Shown: in pieces, positions 31,181 through 32,000 of the stretch | How the letters are laid out: each line of letters starts with the position of its first letter | How positions within the stretch are numbered: position 1 is the stretch's first letter | Source of the DNA: Nitrosopumilus maritimus SCM1 | Lineage (GTDB): Archaea > Thermoproteota > Nitrososphaeria > Nitrososphaerales > Nitrosopumilaceae | Length of the DNA: 32,000 nt | Direction: 5' to 3' | Assembly: GCF_000018465.1 (NCBI RefSeq) | Contig: NC_010085.1 | Coordinates: 600,001 to 632,000 of the forward strand | The notes under the pieces: model-generated | What the model was told of the DNA's origin: nothing | Database searches by the model: none | What the model saw: the letters and a program-made list of their open reading frames with translations, nothing else | Program-made: the position numbers and the translations under genes

Positions 31181-32000
31181 ATGGATAAAATTAAGCAAAA
31201 TTCTCCTGTTCTGTTCTACTTTAATCATTCAAAAAAATGGCTCGTTAAAATATCAAAAAAAGACTCCCTTCATACACATATTGGAGTTATCAAACACTCT
31301 GATGCTATTGGAAAAGAATATGGTTCTAGATTAATCACAAACAAGGACAAGTATGTCTATCTTCTCAAACCAACAATGTATGACTATGTAATGAAAATCC
31401 AACATGGAACTCAGATAGTCTATCCAAAAGATATTGGTTACATTATTGCAAGAGCTGGAATAGAGAGCGGTCAAAAAATTTTAGAAATCGGAACAGGTAG
31501 TGGCTCACTTACATCTTGTGTTGCAAGTATTGTAAAACCACGTGGACATGTCTACACATTTGATGTTGATGAAAATTTCATGAAGATTGCAGAGAAAAAT
31601 ATCGAAAAAGCTGGAGTTTCAAAATATGTAACACAACACAATCAAGATTTGAAAACTGCAAAGAAGATGCCTCTCAAAGACATGGATGTTGCACTAATTG
31701 ATCTTGGTGATCCATGGATAGTGATTCCTCAAGTTCGAGAGATGCTAAAGGGCAGCGGTTCTATTTTTGCAATCTGCCCTACAATGAACCAATTGGAGAA
31801 ATTGACTATGACTCTAGTTGAAAATGAATTCACTGATATTGAATCAACTGAACATATTTTGAGAACCATCGAAGCCCGTGAAGGAAAAACAAGACATTCA
31901 TTTCAAGGCATAGGTCATACAACCTATCTCTGCTTTGCAAGAAAGGCATTTTTTGGCAGAGATGCAAAGAAATCTTCTTCAAAAACTAGCAAGCCTACTT
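31181..32000 (+). CDS. trmI: tRNA (adenine-N1)-methyltransferase, TrmI/Gcd14 family (3' end beyond window)
   Basis: Not in the track because it has no stop within the window. Hand translation from ATG 31181 gives MDKIKQNSPVLFYF...KPTMYDYVMKIQHGTQIVYPKDIGYIIARAGIESGQKILEIGTGSGSLTSCVA...DLGDPW... It remains open through 32000 (273 codons) and carries the SAM motif 'EIGTGSGSLT'. Confidence 0.8.
   Translation, partial: MDKIKQNSPVLFYFNHSKKWLVKISKKDSLHTHIGVIKHSDAIGKEYGSRLITNKDKYVYLLKPTMYDYVMKIQHGTQIVYPKDIGYIIARAGIESGQKILEIGTGSGSLTSCVASIVKPRGHVYTFDVDENFMKIAEKNIEKAGVSKYVTQHNQDLKTAKKMPLKDMDVALIDLGDPWIVIPQVREMLKGSGSIFAICPTMNQLEKLTMTLVENEFTDIESTEHILRTIEAREGKTRHSFQGIGHTTYLCFARKAFFGRDAKKSSSKTSKPT

Noticed and set aside
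31071-31334. An 87-aa plus-strand track ORF.
   Set aside because: It overlaps, out of frame, the clearly recognisable TrmI gene that begins at 31181 and runs to the window end. Its product is low-complexity and matches no motif.

Overview
This is an AT-rich, very tightly packed window with archaeal gene content: Thi4 thiazole synthase, CofE, a DRG-type GTPase, archaeal-type phosphoglycolate phosphatase, TrmI and a DUF504/UPF0248 protein. Genes often overlap by 4 nt or abut, promoters look TATA-like and terminators are oligo-T tracts. The content resembles marine ammonia-oxidising Thaumarchaeota (Nitrosopumilus-like), but that assignment is inference only. I call about 37 CDS. I saw no rRNA, tRNA, CRISPR array, transposase or integrase. 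Many track ORFs start at TTG or GTG because the longest ORF was taken, so true starts may lie a few codons downstream. Layout: (1) 147-8129 is an accessory-looking surface-glycan or phospho-modification cluster. (2) 8181-20353 is housekeeping with a strong sulfur/redox theme (SerB, CofE, TusA-like, cysteine synthase, TrxB, Thi4, sulfite reductase, rhodanese), plus a USP/HPF-like/Mdh block. (3) 20354-23760 holds a TPR protein, a 542-aa collagen-like protein and a poly-basic Ala/Lys/Arg/Pro repeat protein. (4) 23857-32000 holds translation-related genes (DUF504-DRG-Zn ribbon, ArgS, TrmI), an apparently exported guanidino-modifying enzyme and several small zinc-binding ORFs. The best candidate for an undescribed system is the first operon (147-4069). 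Its dikinase-type kinase, C26 amidohydrolase and cytidylyltransferase match, in domain content and order, the Campylobacter jejuni Cj1418/Cj1417/Cj1416 phosphoramidate (P-N) donor pathway. It sits next to Thr-type alkaline-phosphatase-superfamily enzymes and a TagF-like CDP-dependent transferase. All family assignments come from motif recognition by eye. No searches were run.
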